A DNA stretch of 34,241 nt, taken from positions 116,782,369-116,816,609 of the forward strand of contig NC_068983.1 in assembly GCF_001194135.2 (NCBI RefSeq). Direction: 5' to 3'. Each line of letters starts with the position of its first letter. The stretch's first letter is position 1. A program made the translations under genes and the position numbers. Below, piece after piece: positions 1 to 12,443 of this stretch. The notes beneath the pieces were generated by a model. The model was given only the letters and a program-made list of their open reading frames with translations, was not told the DNA's origin and ran no database searches. Source of the DNA: Octopus bimaculoides. Lineage: Eukaryota.

Positions 1-224
1 AGGCTGTAATGGGTCGTAGATGGCTTCGGTGATGATAACTCAATGGGATAGGATGCAACATGAATCCCTTGCTTGTTTGCTTGTAAAGTGGAATTCTTAA
101 TAACTCGACATTGACGGTGATAATTACACATAAACATACACACACACGCATGTACACACATACACACAGACACACAATCTTGATGGGAAGCAGCTTAACC
201 TACATCATCAGCTTCTGTGTTTGA

Positions 225-365
225 CTTGTACTTCCTTTTATCGACTCCGAAAATACAGAAGGCAAAGTTGACTTTCGCGTGATTTCATCTCAGAACTAAA
301 ATGCTGGAAGAAATATTATAATGCCTTTCTTCCACACTCGAAATATTCTACTAATTCGGCACATT
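225..365 (-). mobile_element. SINE family A, degraded
   Basis: ttttatcgactccgaaaatacagaaggcaaagttgac matches the reverse complement of the family body. Confidence 0.55.
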
Positions 366-912
366 CAGTGGTTTTGAAATGATGAAATAGAGAAAGTATA
401 AGAAAATTGTACTTGGAATAAAAAAAATATTCGATTTCTTTCTTTTATTTTTATTCATTCCTAATTATATATTTTTTCTAGTAAAGGTTATGGTTCATAT
501 ATCCGATGCATTTTATTGATTTTAAAATTCTACGTGCAAACGTGCTTTAGCTAAATATTACAAATAGGGTGGACAGAATATGTAACCGAAACTGAATAAA
601 AAGAACTAAAATGCTCTTCGTGAGAAAAGATACGAAAACCAACACGTAAATCATTGTTATATATGATATGGTTTAATAACTCTTTAGCGCAAAAGTCAGT
701 ACTTAATATTCATCATGGATAGTATTTTTGAAATATTTCATAAAATATATAAAAGCAATAATGATGCTTTTCTTTCTGTCTTTATTGTTCTTTTAATTCA
801 TTGATTGGTTTATTTCTACACAATAAACGACTGTTTCGTATTTTATTGTCTGTCACTTGTAAGCGTATCCTTTTCTCTCTTGATGTCAGGTAAATTTCTT
901 CCTTAAGCCAGG

Positions 913-1056
913 TAAGTTCTACCGAGGTCGACTCTGTCTTTCATCATTTCAGGATCGATAACCTAAGTACCAGCTGAGCACTAGAATCAAAGTAACTGAC
1001 TTGCCCCGTTCCCCAAAATTGCCGGCCTTGTGTCACAATTGGAAGCCAATATTGAA
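913..1056 (+). mobile_element. SINE family A, 5'-truncated
   Basis: ccgaggtcgactctgtctttcatc...gccttgtgtcacaattggaagccaatatt. Confidence 0.8.
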
Positions 1057-1065
1057 ATGTCAGGT

Positions 1066-1268
1066 TTGGCGGTAAGCTGGCATAGAGAAAATGCTTGGCA
1101 TTATTTCTTCCGACTTGACGTTATGTTCAAAATCCGCCGAGGTCGACTTTGTCGCTCATCCTTTTGGGTCAATAAAATAAGTATTATTTAAGCACTGAGT
1201 TCGATGTAATCGACTTACCCTTTCTCCAGAAATTGTTGGCCTTGTGCCAAAATTTGAAACCAATATTA
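1066..1268 (+). mobile_element. SINE family A
   Basis: ggcggtaagctggca...ccgccgaggtcgacttt...gccttgtgccaaaatttgaaaccaatatt. Confidence 0.85.
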
Positions 1269-3086
1269 AAAAGTCAGGTAGAGATGCAATAAACGCATAA
1301 CTTTGCACATTCTTTCACAAAACAAAATATTACCTAATTGTTTGTCTGTGTGGTTTCCAGTTTTCTTCTAATTTTATTGAATGACTCTGCAAGTTTTTGT
1401 CTTTTTCATTTTCTTTCTTACATATGTTCGGAGATGAGTTCCGCATTCTTTTCAACCGCGATTTGACACGAAGACCTCAACAGCTACTTTGGTGATTGAT
1501 GGATTTCACTAGTCCACGTATATATCAGGTATTCAACATGATCTGGTTCAATCCTACTGGTATCATCTCAATTGTCAACTATTTGCAGAGTTGTGCTTTT
1601 ATGTCTTACCAATACCATTGGTTATGTAAGCCAAAAAGCGATTTAAAGTTTACATTCGGTACAATTTCGGATAAGAAGTCTTCGGAAAGGAAATCACCGT
1701 TAAATATGCAAAACTGGATACAAGTATTTCTATCCCAGTAGAATGAGGCATTTAACTGAGCATCCACAAAATGCAAGCAGCAATCTTTAATTCTCCGGCC
1801 CTTAACAGCGAAAAAGATTTAGCAATTGATGTTATGGTAGTTGATAGATTTAAATAGGAAGAATGTGTAAACACCTGAAGGATATCAGTGGAATGTTACT
1901 GAAAAACATCGGTTTGACTTTGTTTAATTTCTTATGGATCAGGTATGCGAACCACAGCATGAAGCATTTCACTTCATTGGAAAGCTAGTTACTCCTTTGA
2001 GAATGAGGGAGATATAAGTGGTAATACCAAAATCTATTTACCACGACAAATTTAGTATGCTTTGAAATATGATCAGCCAAACAGTTTTCGTTGACTTATC
2101 CCAGGTATAAATGAAGCTTAATGTTTAAGGAAGGAAAAATGTAAAGGTGAGAAAGAAATAATGTGCATAACCTTTGTTGTATGCACATACGGACAGATTT
2201 AAAAACTGGAAACCAAAAAAGAAAGAAAGAAAACGATAAGGTAACAATTTTGTTTTTAGCAGATAAATAAAGGCATGTGCAAAATTGTGTTTATAGAATC
2301 GATACCTAACTTTTTAATATTAAGAGATATTTTCTATTGATTTTTTTATGGATAATCTTTGATATTTCTCTGCCTGTAGAATACTTCAATAAAAAATCTA
2401 AATACGAATCTTAGTCCTTCTTTCGTTAATGTCATTGTTACTTGCTTCATAAGATTAAAAAAAGATACAAGTGATTTTCAAATAGATATAAAACGATTTT
2501 TTTTTTGCACCAAAACTCATCAAACTGTGTCTTATGTATATGAGATATGAAAATGTTTATGATTTTTTTCATGGTAAGACAAACATTTTCACTGGAATCA
2601 AATTTCGTGTTCAGTCCCGAAACTTACCACTCAAAACGGTGCAACTAAACAGTATAATTAAACAACTCTGCAAGGAACCCAACAAATAAGCTTCAGATCG
2701 ATATTTGGTATGTTGTTACCATGTAGGTTGATCTTCAAAGTTGTAACAATAACCTTTACTGAGTAGTTTTCACCTAGATTTAAACAGGTAATTTATCAAG
2801 TTTAGAACTGTGAAATCGAGAACGTTTTGGTTTGCTATCACTAAAGATATATCCTTTTTGTATTACTGGAAGTATTGATTTTAAGTAATGGAATATGTTC
2901 TTAGATTTAACTTGTATATGATAAATTTTAGTAACCGAAAAGTGAGATTAGAACGTGTAATGTGTTTAATTAGTGAAACCTGCACTGTCATTTCATTTCT
3001 ATACGTGAACAAATCTTATCGCATAAGTTTTAACACTGAATAAATTTTGAAATGCAGTGATATGATTAACATACCAGCTTCCTTTT

Positions 3087-3093
3087 ACACACT

Positions 3094-3124
<31 letters not shown>

Positions 3125-3142
3125 GCACACACACACACACAC

Positions 3143-3196
<54 letters not shown>

Positions 3197-3197
3197 T
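3087..3197. repeat. (CA)n/(TA)n microsatellite
   Basis: Direct reading. Confidence 0.97.
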
Positions 3198-3446
3198 TCT
3201 GCTGCTATCTTAAAGGCATCAATCTAATGACTATAGTTTTAACAATGCAAGTATATTTGATTATTATTATAAGACTGAACACTTAGACTCAGTTTTATGA
3301 TAATTTTGTAATATTGTGTAAATATCTCAAATGACTGGTTGTATCAAAATAAATCCATGATATTGACAAAAGTCTAATTTTTTGGTAGTAATGTATTGTC
3401 ACATAAAAGTCAGTATAACGCTAAAATTATTCATATAAAACAGATT

Positions 3447-3656
3447 GTAAGCTGGCAGAATCGTTAGTACGCCGGGCAAAAATGTTTAGCGACGTTTCGT
3501 CTGTCTTTACGTTCTGATTTCAAATTCCGCCGAGGTCCACTTTATCTTTTATACTTTCGGGGTCGATAAGATCAGTTGAGTGTTGGGGTCGATGATATCA
3601 ACTTATCCTCTCCCACAAAATTGCTGTCCTTGTGCTAAAATTTGAAACTAGTATTG
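3447..3656 (+). mobile_element. SINE family A
   Basis: aagctggcagaatcgttagtacgccggg...ttcaaattccgccgagg...aaatttgaaac. Confidence 0.85.
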
Positions 3657-3957
3657 TTCATGTCAATGCTATATAAAAGAAAAGTAAATTCAATCGCGAC
3701 AGAATTTATTTTCCGAAAATAAATAAAAAAAAAACTAAAAATAAACACTTCAAGTCGTTTTTTTCTAGTACCCATATTAGTATTCATTTTTCTTAAAATG
3801 AGGTGCAATATCAATACTCTTTACATGATCAACATATTAGAGTGAACACTGTAGTTGACTTGGTCATAAAATTTTTTTCCTGAGGGATAATGAAATAAAT
3901 TGTATAGCTCGGAATCTGAAAAGATGCAGCAGCGTAGATGACGAGAGTTCAGAGAAC

Positions 3958-3979
3958 GAACAGAATGGAATAGAATAGA

Positions 3980-4022
<43 letters not shown>
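3958..4022. repeat. (GAATA)n followed by (GA)n
   Basis: Direct reading. Confidence 0.97.
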
Positions 4023-4025
<3 letters not shown>

Positions 4026-4465
4026 GCATACGATGCAATAATTGATTCTGGCTGTGGAAAAAAAAAGGCACTATTCAGACTAAAATGTTAAGACTAATTT
4101 TAACTTTTTGAACCATCATTGAATTCCACAGATAAAACATTTTAAAATCTTACAAAATTGAAAAACAAAACATAATAAATACTTTAATCTATTGAAATTT
4201 TACAACTTTTCAAAGTTGAAGAATTACAAAAGTTTGTAACATATCCCGATTTTATAGAAGTGTATAGAAACGCTACAAATCTAAAACAAATTAGAAGGAA
4301 ATATAATTTTAATGACGCCAAAATGTCCACTAGGAAACGATATTCATTTATTTGGAGATCATAAGAATCATACATGTTTCATTGATATACTGTTGTTTGA
4401 AGAGAAAAGAAACAACACATTATAATAATAACACGACTAAGCAGCAAAGCATCAACAATAACAAC

Positions 4466-4680
4466 TGTTTTCATTTGACACAAGACTGGCAATTTTGGTT
4501 CTTGGGAATAAGTCAATAACATCAACTTCAACAATTGAGTAGTATTTATTCTATCGACTCCAAAATGATGAAAGGCAAAGTTGACCTCGGTGGAATTTAA
4601 ACTCAGAACGTAAAGGCGGACAAATTGCCGCTTACCACTTTCTCTGACGTGCTAACGGTTCTACCAGCTAACCGCCGTTA
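4466..4680 (-). mobile_element. SINE family A
   Basis: Reverse complement of the family consensus, ending ctaccagctaaccgccgtta. Confidence 0.85.
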
Positions 4681-4897
4681 ATATTATCCTCATATAATAA
4701 TAATGTCCTTATCATTAATGATACCACAGTATCTAACATTATTATTAATACTAATCAAAATGATTAGAGGAAGTTTACGTGCACAAATAAGGAAATTTCG
4801 TTTAGAACCGACCATTCTAAAGTAATGGCCATAGGATTAAAACCGTTGACAGTACTGTTCTAGTAAAGAAAATTATTTGTAAATCCAAAAAGCCTAC

Positions 4898-4958
<61 letters not shown>

Positions 4959-4971
4959 GTGNNNNNNNNNN

Positions 4972-5009
<38 letters not shown>

Positions 5010-5010
5010 A

Positions 5011-5038
<28 letters not shown>
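4898..5038. repeat. (TCTA)n and (TG)n separated by a 10-N gap (4962-4971)
   Basis: Direct reading. Confidence 0.97.
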
Positions 5039-5041
<3 letters not shown>

Positions 5042-5139
5042 TTTCTGCATCATTTGCTTGAAGAAATTTCTTCTCCCCAGGAAAGTAAATTATTAAAAAA
5101 TAGCTCTCAAAAATTTATATTTTGGAAATAAACATAACA

Positions 5140-5550
5140 GGCACAGATGTCGCCGTGTGGTAAGAAGCTGGCTTCCCAACCACATGGTTCCGGGTTCAGA
5201 CTCACTGGGTGGCACTTTGAGCAAGTGTCTTCTACTATAGCCTCGGACCGACGAAAGCCTTGAGTTGGTTAGGTAGACGGAAACTGAAGGAACCTCGTCC
5301 TATATATATCTGTATATATGCATGTGTGTGTTTGTTATTTGTATCTGCGTTTGTTCCCCCACCCTCGCTTGACAACCGGTGTTGGTGTGTTTACGCCCCC
5401 GTCACTTAGCGGTTCGGGAAAAGAGACCGATAGAATAAGGTTTAATCGTATTAGTACTAGACTTACTAAGAATAAGTCCTTGTGTCGATTTGTTCGATTA
5501 AAGGCGGGGCTCCAGCACGGCCGCAGTAAGATGACTTAAACAAGTAAAAA
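5140..5550 (+). mobile_element. tRNA-derived CORE-like SINE (family B), full length
   Basis: Head GGCACAGATGTCGCCGTGTGGTAAG...GGTTCAGACTC, CORE-like tttgagcaagtgtcttc, internal TA/TG microsatellite; homologous to 16831-16993 and 21728-22076. Confidence 0.85.
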
Positions 5551-5569
5551 AATAACTAAATAACACGTC

Positions 5570-6892
5570 AAAGTGGTGTACTTGTATGTACATAGCTTGG
5601 TTTTAACAGCAGTGCTTTTTAATCCCATGGGTCAATGAGCAAAGTGTGTTGGACTCATTGTCAATATAAAAAAAGAGACAAATTATTCTATGATGTACAC
5701 TACAGCGACTAACATAGTTTGCAAATATTCGTTCCTTATACCTATTCTATTTATTGTAAAAGTATTAATTCGATAATCGTATAACTTTCTCACCTTAATC
5801 GCAGTTTCTGTCTGAACGTCATCAGACGCGCGTTGTATGTCTCACTGGTTTTCTTATTTTATTGTGCTGTAAGTAGAAAGTGTTAGTGTTTAATAAAATA
5901 AATAATTATTAATATTATTGTGTTTTTTTTCGTTTTTCTTGTTTTTGTTGCATGCTTTTGCTAGGGTCTATACAGTAATGCCTTTTAATGTTTCCTATCT
6001 TTTTCTAATGTAGTTTACGAAATTTTGTGTGATGTAACTTGTAGTGTTATAATTCGTGCGTTGAGCCATGTGTTTTTTAATCATTCCGAAAACACTTATT
6101 GTCATATGGATCTCTGTTTGCTAAGACTAGGCAAATATAAACATTTATATTTGCTAAGACTAGACAAATATAAATGAAAGAAATCTGGACGTTTCTTTCA
6201 AACATCCACATATTCTGCTTCATACATTCTTTTAGGTGGTCCCTAGCGAAAAGAGTTTTCTTTGTTGCAATACAAAAAGAAATAAAATGCGATTTTGTAA
6301 ATAAATCATCCGTTATTTTTCTTGTTACTTCATCTGGTTTTGCTAATTTGCTTAAAGTGATATTGTAGATATAAATATAACCTATTGTGGAGCATCTAGA
6401 GGATTGATATATATTACCTTAGCTCTGGCGTTTAATTTCTTATACAATACACAATTTCTTGCTTACCTTTCACATTTTGTTTCCTTTATGACTTTTTCTC
6501 TGCATAGCTGTTTGTCTTTGGGGTCTTATCTCTATGTCTTTATTCAACACATTTGAATTACGTAGATAATTTCTCTCTCTGCAAGGTTACCTTAGCATAT
6601 ATTTCTATCTCAAATCTCATAGAAATTCAAAGAGTATATGTCCTTGATAGTTGTAGCTACCTTTTCAGTTATTCATCATCTGCAGTATAAAACTTGAGGT
6701 CATCCAAATATGTGAGATGATTCACCATCCTCCCATAGCATTTTATTCGTATTCAAACTTGTGTAACTGTTATGGGGATAATAATAATATTGATACACCC
6801 CTCCCACGTGACGAGTGGTATGTGATAAATATTGTCCGTCAGTGTCAGTATAAGGTAGGGAGTATGAAGTAGACGATATTTGTATTAGATCC
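5570..6892 (-). mobile_element. Older, heavily decayed R4-like LINE, downstream half (RT domains 4-7 onward)
   Basis: Minus strand VNHLTYLDDLKFY...MRFEIEIYAKVTLQREKL (YLDD at 6699-6710) and KLNARAKV.YIN, with many stops. Left limit is approximate. Confidence 0.6.
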
Positions 6893-6894
6893 AC

Positions 6895-7670
6895 TAATAT
6901 CTGATCAGTTGGGCAGCATCCTGGACGGAAAGTAAACTGTTCACCGGCGAAATGTGGACTCGACAGTTACCCTACATCTCCTTTCCAGACACTTAGCTAA
7001 TACTTCACCGAAGAAACTTAACCAAGAAATAAATCTTTCTTGTGTCCCTTCTGAAAATTGTGATTATCATTTCATACTGCCATTTCTCTGGTGTCATTCT
7101 AGATGTCTAAGCCACTTGGCAACACGAGTCATCCATACACCTGGTGTCCACCAGAAGTTTTTATTGTGATTTAATATAAATCAGTAAAGTATTTTTTCCA
7201 CCTCTCATGTTCTTACTTGCACAGAGAATCCTAATCGGCATATGGAAGAGGAATTATTGTTACAAAGTCGGCGGATGGTCTGCCAGAATGCTTTATTGGC
7301 CAGTCCAAAGTCAATGTACAGCTGAACTCCATAATTCGCCACTGATTTAGCTGTGGATGCTTTTACTTCTTGTGCTGTAACTTTTGCTCTTCAGTTTACC
7401 GTATGCGCAAAAAGAGAGACTTATTTCCAAACCAGGTTTCCTAAGCGCCGCTTTTATTTTTTGCTTTCACGGCATCTTTAAATTTCTGGTTAAACATGAG
7501 GGTTCTTTTACAACCTGGCACCACATTTTACAGCCGAAGAAAAAATTGTCAAGAAATCGTGGATGTATAGTCAAGAGATATACACCTCGTTTGAAGATAC
7601 AAAATAGGTATCGGACCGCGCACTGCAAGACATGCTTTGGAGGGTTTTGCAGGCCATTGAGATTTATGAG
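6895..7670 (-). mobile_element. RTE-clade LINE, inverted 5' segment (EN-RT linker to RT domain 2a)
   Basis: Minus strand DFGLANKAFWQTIRRL (7266-7312), RWKKYFTDL (about 7180-7203), and GEVLAKCLERRCRVTVES..EQFTFRPGCCPTDQI ending near 6898. Confidence 0.8.
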
Positions 7671-8540
7671 CAATTTCTGAGTGCTGAGAGCTAAGATGTT
7701 TGTGTTCGCGTAAATAGGGCTAATTCGAAACCTTTCGACGTGGGTGCTGGGCTTCGGCTGGGGTACGTATTTTTACCTCTCTCTTTCATAATTTTTATGC
7801 ACTGAATCGACATGTACAGTTGCTGGAGAAGTGGTAACACAGTTGGTTGATATAGGATCGATCAGCTGACCAGTGCACTATGCATGTTAGTGGGACATCA
7901 CTGAGGCAAGTGGAGAAGTGAAGAAGTTTAAGTATCTCAGGAACGTATTCACGAATGAAAGGGAAACAGGAGACTGAACTGGATGCTTGAATTATAGGTG
8001 CTGGCAGCTCCAGCATTCGATCATTTGAAGAGAGGTTGCTAAAAAAAGCCAAACTTGCTATCTTCAATTCGGATTTCGTGCCTTGCCTACCCTCACCTAT
8101 GGTCATGAATGTTGGGTAATTACCAAAGCTAATATCACGAATACAAGCGGTTTAAATGAGGTTCCCCCGAAGGTTCTCTGGAGTAACGTTAATCGACAGG
8201 GTCTGTAATTCAAAGATCAGTTAGTCTCTCCGAGTGGAGCCGCTACTTCTCTGCATTGAGACGTCAAAGCTCCGAGACTACGGACATCTGATTATAATCT
8301 CACTGGCAGGGATAGCAAGACAGACTTTTCAAGTCGAGTCAACCAGCAGGAGACCTAAAGGTAGACCAATAACTAGAAGGTTAAAAAATATCCATAGTCT
8401 CTATGGTTACACTTGGGAATTCAGCCTAGAACTGTAATGACGATTGCTTTTCATAAGGCTGTATGGACGAAGTACTTGGGGACCCTACCCACACAACCTA
8501 CTGAAGAATGATGGACAGAAAAGACGGATGGATGAATGGA
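7671..8540 (+). mobile_element. RTE-clade LINE, sense 3' segment with (GATG)-like tail
   Basis: CVRVNRANSKPFDVGAGLRLGYVFLPLSFIIFM (about 7700-7799), AKLAIFNS..VP, EPLLLCIETSKLRDYGHL, RRPKGRPITR; tail gatggacagaaaagacggatggatgaatgga at 8510-8540. Confidence 0.85.
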
Positions 8541-9950
8541 ATAATCTCATTCGTGATGATTACTTTGCTTTCGATACTTGTCGCCAAAAGTCTTCATTTT
8601 ATTGTTGAGCTATATTGATTGATATATTACATCTATCTACTTGAAGAAATTGCTTTTGATTTTATTTTATCACTTTTCTTAACAAGTGATTTACAATTTA
8701 TCACGTATTTCTTTCAGATATTTTCGTATATTGTTTTTCATTCTTCCGTAGCAAATTATTCTGTTTCTTATTTTTCGGTTGTCTCATTCATTGTTATTAA
8801 TTTCATTAAGGATTATAGATATTTTCTTTATTTTCTATCTCACCGTATGTCTGCTTTCTATGCTGATTGCTTGAGATTTGTGATACCTATAAGAGTATAT
8901 CCGAGGTTTTATGCAGTCTTTTCGATAAGTATTGAGTTTTAAACATATGTTATTTTGTTTGTCCCGGAGATACTGATGATTGCGTCTCCTCATATTATCT
9001 CTGCAAAAGCAACATTTGTGCCTTCTCTTGTTGCTATGCTATCTTATTTTTATATAGGTGGGGTGGTTCTTTCATACCCTCATTAAAAGGCTATCTATAA
9101 ATTGAATTACTTTATTTAATTCTACGATAATATTATGTTATGCTCGTCATTTTTAGGTTTAGAATTGCTCATTCTTCGTTTTTTTTTCGTTATATTTTCG
9201 TTATATTCTTGCTTATATTTTTACTGGTGTTTATTTTGGTTCAGATTTCGCTGGTGTTATAGCGTTTGATGTGTTTTTGTTGTTTATATTTTTGCACGTG
9301 TTTGGCCAATCATTCTGGTTTGCGTCCTCAATACATCACCATGTTGTTTTTCCATTCAAGAGTGATATTTCAATTTGTGACATCTTTTCGGATTAGTTAA
9401 CATATCTTTTAAAGTTTCCTAGTTTCTTAATACCCGAAGTTACTTTGAGATAAAGGTTGTTTTTTCTTAAAATTTGATAAAATTTTAAAGATTCTATCAA
9501 GGTTCATTTTCGTGACAAGCAGGATATGTTTGTATTATAGAAATGTATTAATCTCTTGCCCATTTATGCCTTTTCTGTTATATTTGTCAAGAATCACTAG
9601 TAAATTCCTACTTAGATACATGTTACCATTGATGTCGGGGACCAGCTTATTTATTCTGGCGATGACATTTCTTATGTGCTTTTATGCATCCTCCCGCTTA
9701 TAAGATTTTATGTATCCTTCCTCTTTTAAAATTTCAACAAAGAATATAGTGTAATTATTAATATAGTGTCATTATTATTGTTCATAATTTGCTTGTTTGT
9801 GGGGACTTGTCGCAGACCAGTGAAAATGGACTTTCACAAGTAAATCTATGTATTACTAAGATAATTATCCTTCTATCATTTACCTCTTTATAGATTTACT
9901 TATAAAAAAAGCCTTTACTACCACATATTTTCTGTGTGGATAGTGTATTC
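8541..9950 (-). mobile_element. Probable upstream half of the same decayed R4-like LINE
   Basis: Weak residual motifs: a YRK...HEW-like segment at about 8545-8585 and an N-terminal MW..GFF...NDRRII-like segment at about 9850-9930. Strand asymmetry matches 5570-6892. Motif recognition is tentative. Confidence 0.4.
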
Positions 9951-10140
9951 TGAGCTACATTAGTTAATGTGTATTTATCTTTTTTAGTTTCAGGACATGA
10001 GTAGATCTTGCTTTACTAATCATTAGAATTTTAAAAGTTAAGTGGTATGAATAAAAGTGTGTAAGAAACGCAGAGATATGAAGTATGATGCTTTCTGGAT
10101 TTTAAATTTCAGGTAATGTACATTAATATAAATTGCATAT

Positions 10141-10355
10141 AAGGTGGCGAGCTGATTAAATCGTTAGCACGCCGGACAAGATGCCAGCGGCATTTCTTCC
10201 GTGTTTACGGTCTGAGCTCAAATTCCACCGAGGTCATCTTTGCCTTTCCTCCTTTCGAGGTCGATAAAATAAGTATCATTTGAGCACTGAGGCTGATGTA
10301 ATTGATTACTTACCCCAAGCTTGCTAGCCTTGTGCCAAAATTTGAAACCAATATT
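10141..10355 (+). mobile_element. SINE family A, full length
   Basis: aaggtggcgagctg...ccttgtgccaaaatttgaaaccaatatt. Confidence 0.88.
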
Positions 10356-10574
10356 CGTTTCATAAGGTCATGGATATATTTTTAGGGCAGATATATTTTT
10401 AGGTGTAGTTAATTTGTTATCACAATACAAAGGCTTGAAACTATATTCTTATTTACAATATTGGGGGGATATAAGAATATAAACCACTCGGATACTCTTA
10501 AATACTTCTATATTGATTTCTAATATTGGAACACGAAGAGAAAATTAAATTTTGCGGGCAAAAAGAATACGTGG

Positions 10575-10794
10575 TTGGTACTTATTTCACAAAATGCAGA
10601 AGGATACGAGGCAAAGTCAGGCTTGAAAGATCATTTGAACACGGAGCAGAAAGAAGCGTCATGAAACACTAGTTTCAATTCTGGCACAAGGTCAGCAGTT
10701 CCAGAGTAAAATTTGGAGGGATGGAGTACCAGTCCCCTCTGGTACTTATTTTATCGACCCCGAAAGGATGAAAAGCAAAATTGACCTCGGCGGG
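10575..10794 (-). mobile_element. Two tandem partial SINE family A copies
   Basis: ggtacttatttcac...ggcaaagtc (about 10575-10650) and gtttcaattctggcacaagg...ttgacctcggcggg (10669-10794). Confidence 0.65.
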
Positions 10795-11617
10795 ATAATG
10801 CCATGAAAAATTGCAAGCTGTTTAAATTTTTCTGCCAGTCACAAAACATTCGACTTCTTCGCAGCATATAACTTACTTCACTGGTAGGAATATTTGCATA
10901 CCTATTTGCGAACACAGGCCTTCAATAGTCTTTTCGGGTTCTGTAGTTTTACAATCTATATCGTTAGTTGTGTGCATTTTTATTTTCAGGACTAAAGGCA
11001 ATTCAGCTAAATATTGCATTGACAAAGTACTTCCATTTCATCAATATTATATATTCTATCAATCTGATATCTCATTAAGAGATTATATCAATTATAATAA
11101 TTGAACGTATTAATATCATAGAATATTTAATTAGCGTTAAATTAATTAATGAACAAGTGCAATAAAAGGACAATCTCTTCGATGGAGAGGATAAATTCTA
11201 TATGCCACGAAGAGATACATTAATTGAAACATTCTCATCACAAATAATTATTAATTGATGTCTAAATATGAACCAATAAACAATTATAGGGAACGTATAA
11301 TACATAGTTTTGGCTACTCTGAAGTAACAGTGCACAAGAAAATAATTTTCTCAGATAATATCCAAAGGACATTCCTTATTTCAGTTTTTTTTTCGATTTC
11401 TTCTTTAAAGATCTAAATATGTATTCCTCATTCTAGAATTTAAGTGATATATGTCTGCTTTCACAAATCTATACATTATTGCTATCGGTGCTAATTGTAA
11501 TTTTATGATACATAAAGCTTAGCACGATCACAGAAGACAAAGCTAATATATTTCCCTACTTTTCTTTGTAAGCATTCTCTAACTGTGCTACCAACCTATC
11601 TACCTTCCAACGGACTT

Positions 11618-11720
11618 ATGTGTGTGTATGTGTGTGCGAGAATATATATGTGTGTATGTGTGAATGTATATATATGTGTTTGTACATATATGTGTGTATG
11701 TGCGTGCTCGTGTGTGTGTT
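11618..11720. repeat. Imperfect (TG)/(TA) microsatellite
   Basis: Direct reading. Confidence 0.9.
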
Positions 11721-12337
11721 CATTATCCTAAATATAGTTATTTTGTTGGCTGCACCATAGCCAGACGGATACAAATTAACTTAAAAGCCCTTCGTCTACA
11801 GAGAAACATAAACATTTCCCTTCGTAATATCTTGGAAAGCAATATAACTCTGAAATATCCTAGCAACTGATGGAAATTTCTCAGCGATAGATGAAATCGA
11901 TTATCACAATCAAAGATAGACTATCGTTTATATATCTGTGGCTACGCTAAGGTCTTCAAGACACCGTTTTTATACTTTGTGGTGCATCTAATTCTTTGTA
12001 CATGTGCCTTTATCTCTCTGATACATGCCGAGACATTTACTTCTATTATTGTTCTTCAATAGAAATATTCTATGTGTGGGAAAACTGAATCGGTCCGGTA
12101 TTAATATGATATGATCCGCTGTTATTTGTTTACACGCTGTATGTAATAACAAGTAGTATGAGGGGTTTATAATAAACTAATAATAAGTGGTAAAGGACAA
12201 TATACTTTCATTAGGAAATTACATAATTATCTATCTGCCATTTTGTCATTTCTTCTAGCTTGTAATCAGTAGCGAAAGATAGTTTTCGCTGCTGTCGGGA
12301 AGCGGTTTTTCATGTTTCAACATGATAAAATGCCAAG

Positions 12338-12441
12338 TGGTGGTGGTGGTGGTGGTCTTCTTCTTCTTCTTCTTCTTCTTCTTCTTCTTCTTCTTCTTCT
12401 TCTTCTTCTTCTTCTTCTTCTTCTTCTTCTTCTTCTTCTTC
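12338..12441. repeat. (TGG)6 + (TTC)28 at the 3' end of the R4-type LINE
   Basis: TGG 12338-12355; TTC 12358-12441. Confidence 0.97.
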
Positions 12442-12443
12442 TT

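Noticed and set aside
1496-2240. ORF containing IWFNP (PLE-like motif) and a protein-looking alternative frame from 1612
   Set aside because: Residues around IWFNP do not follow the PLE pattern, and the alternative frame has about as many stops as random AT-rich DNA.
9994-10112. AG...GT-bounded candidate exon
   Set aside because: Stops in all three frames and no TMTC similarity.
12262-12336. 11-bp hairpin and an FMFQHD Tc1-like peptide
   Set aside because: Too short to support an element.
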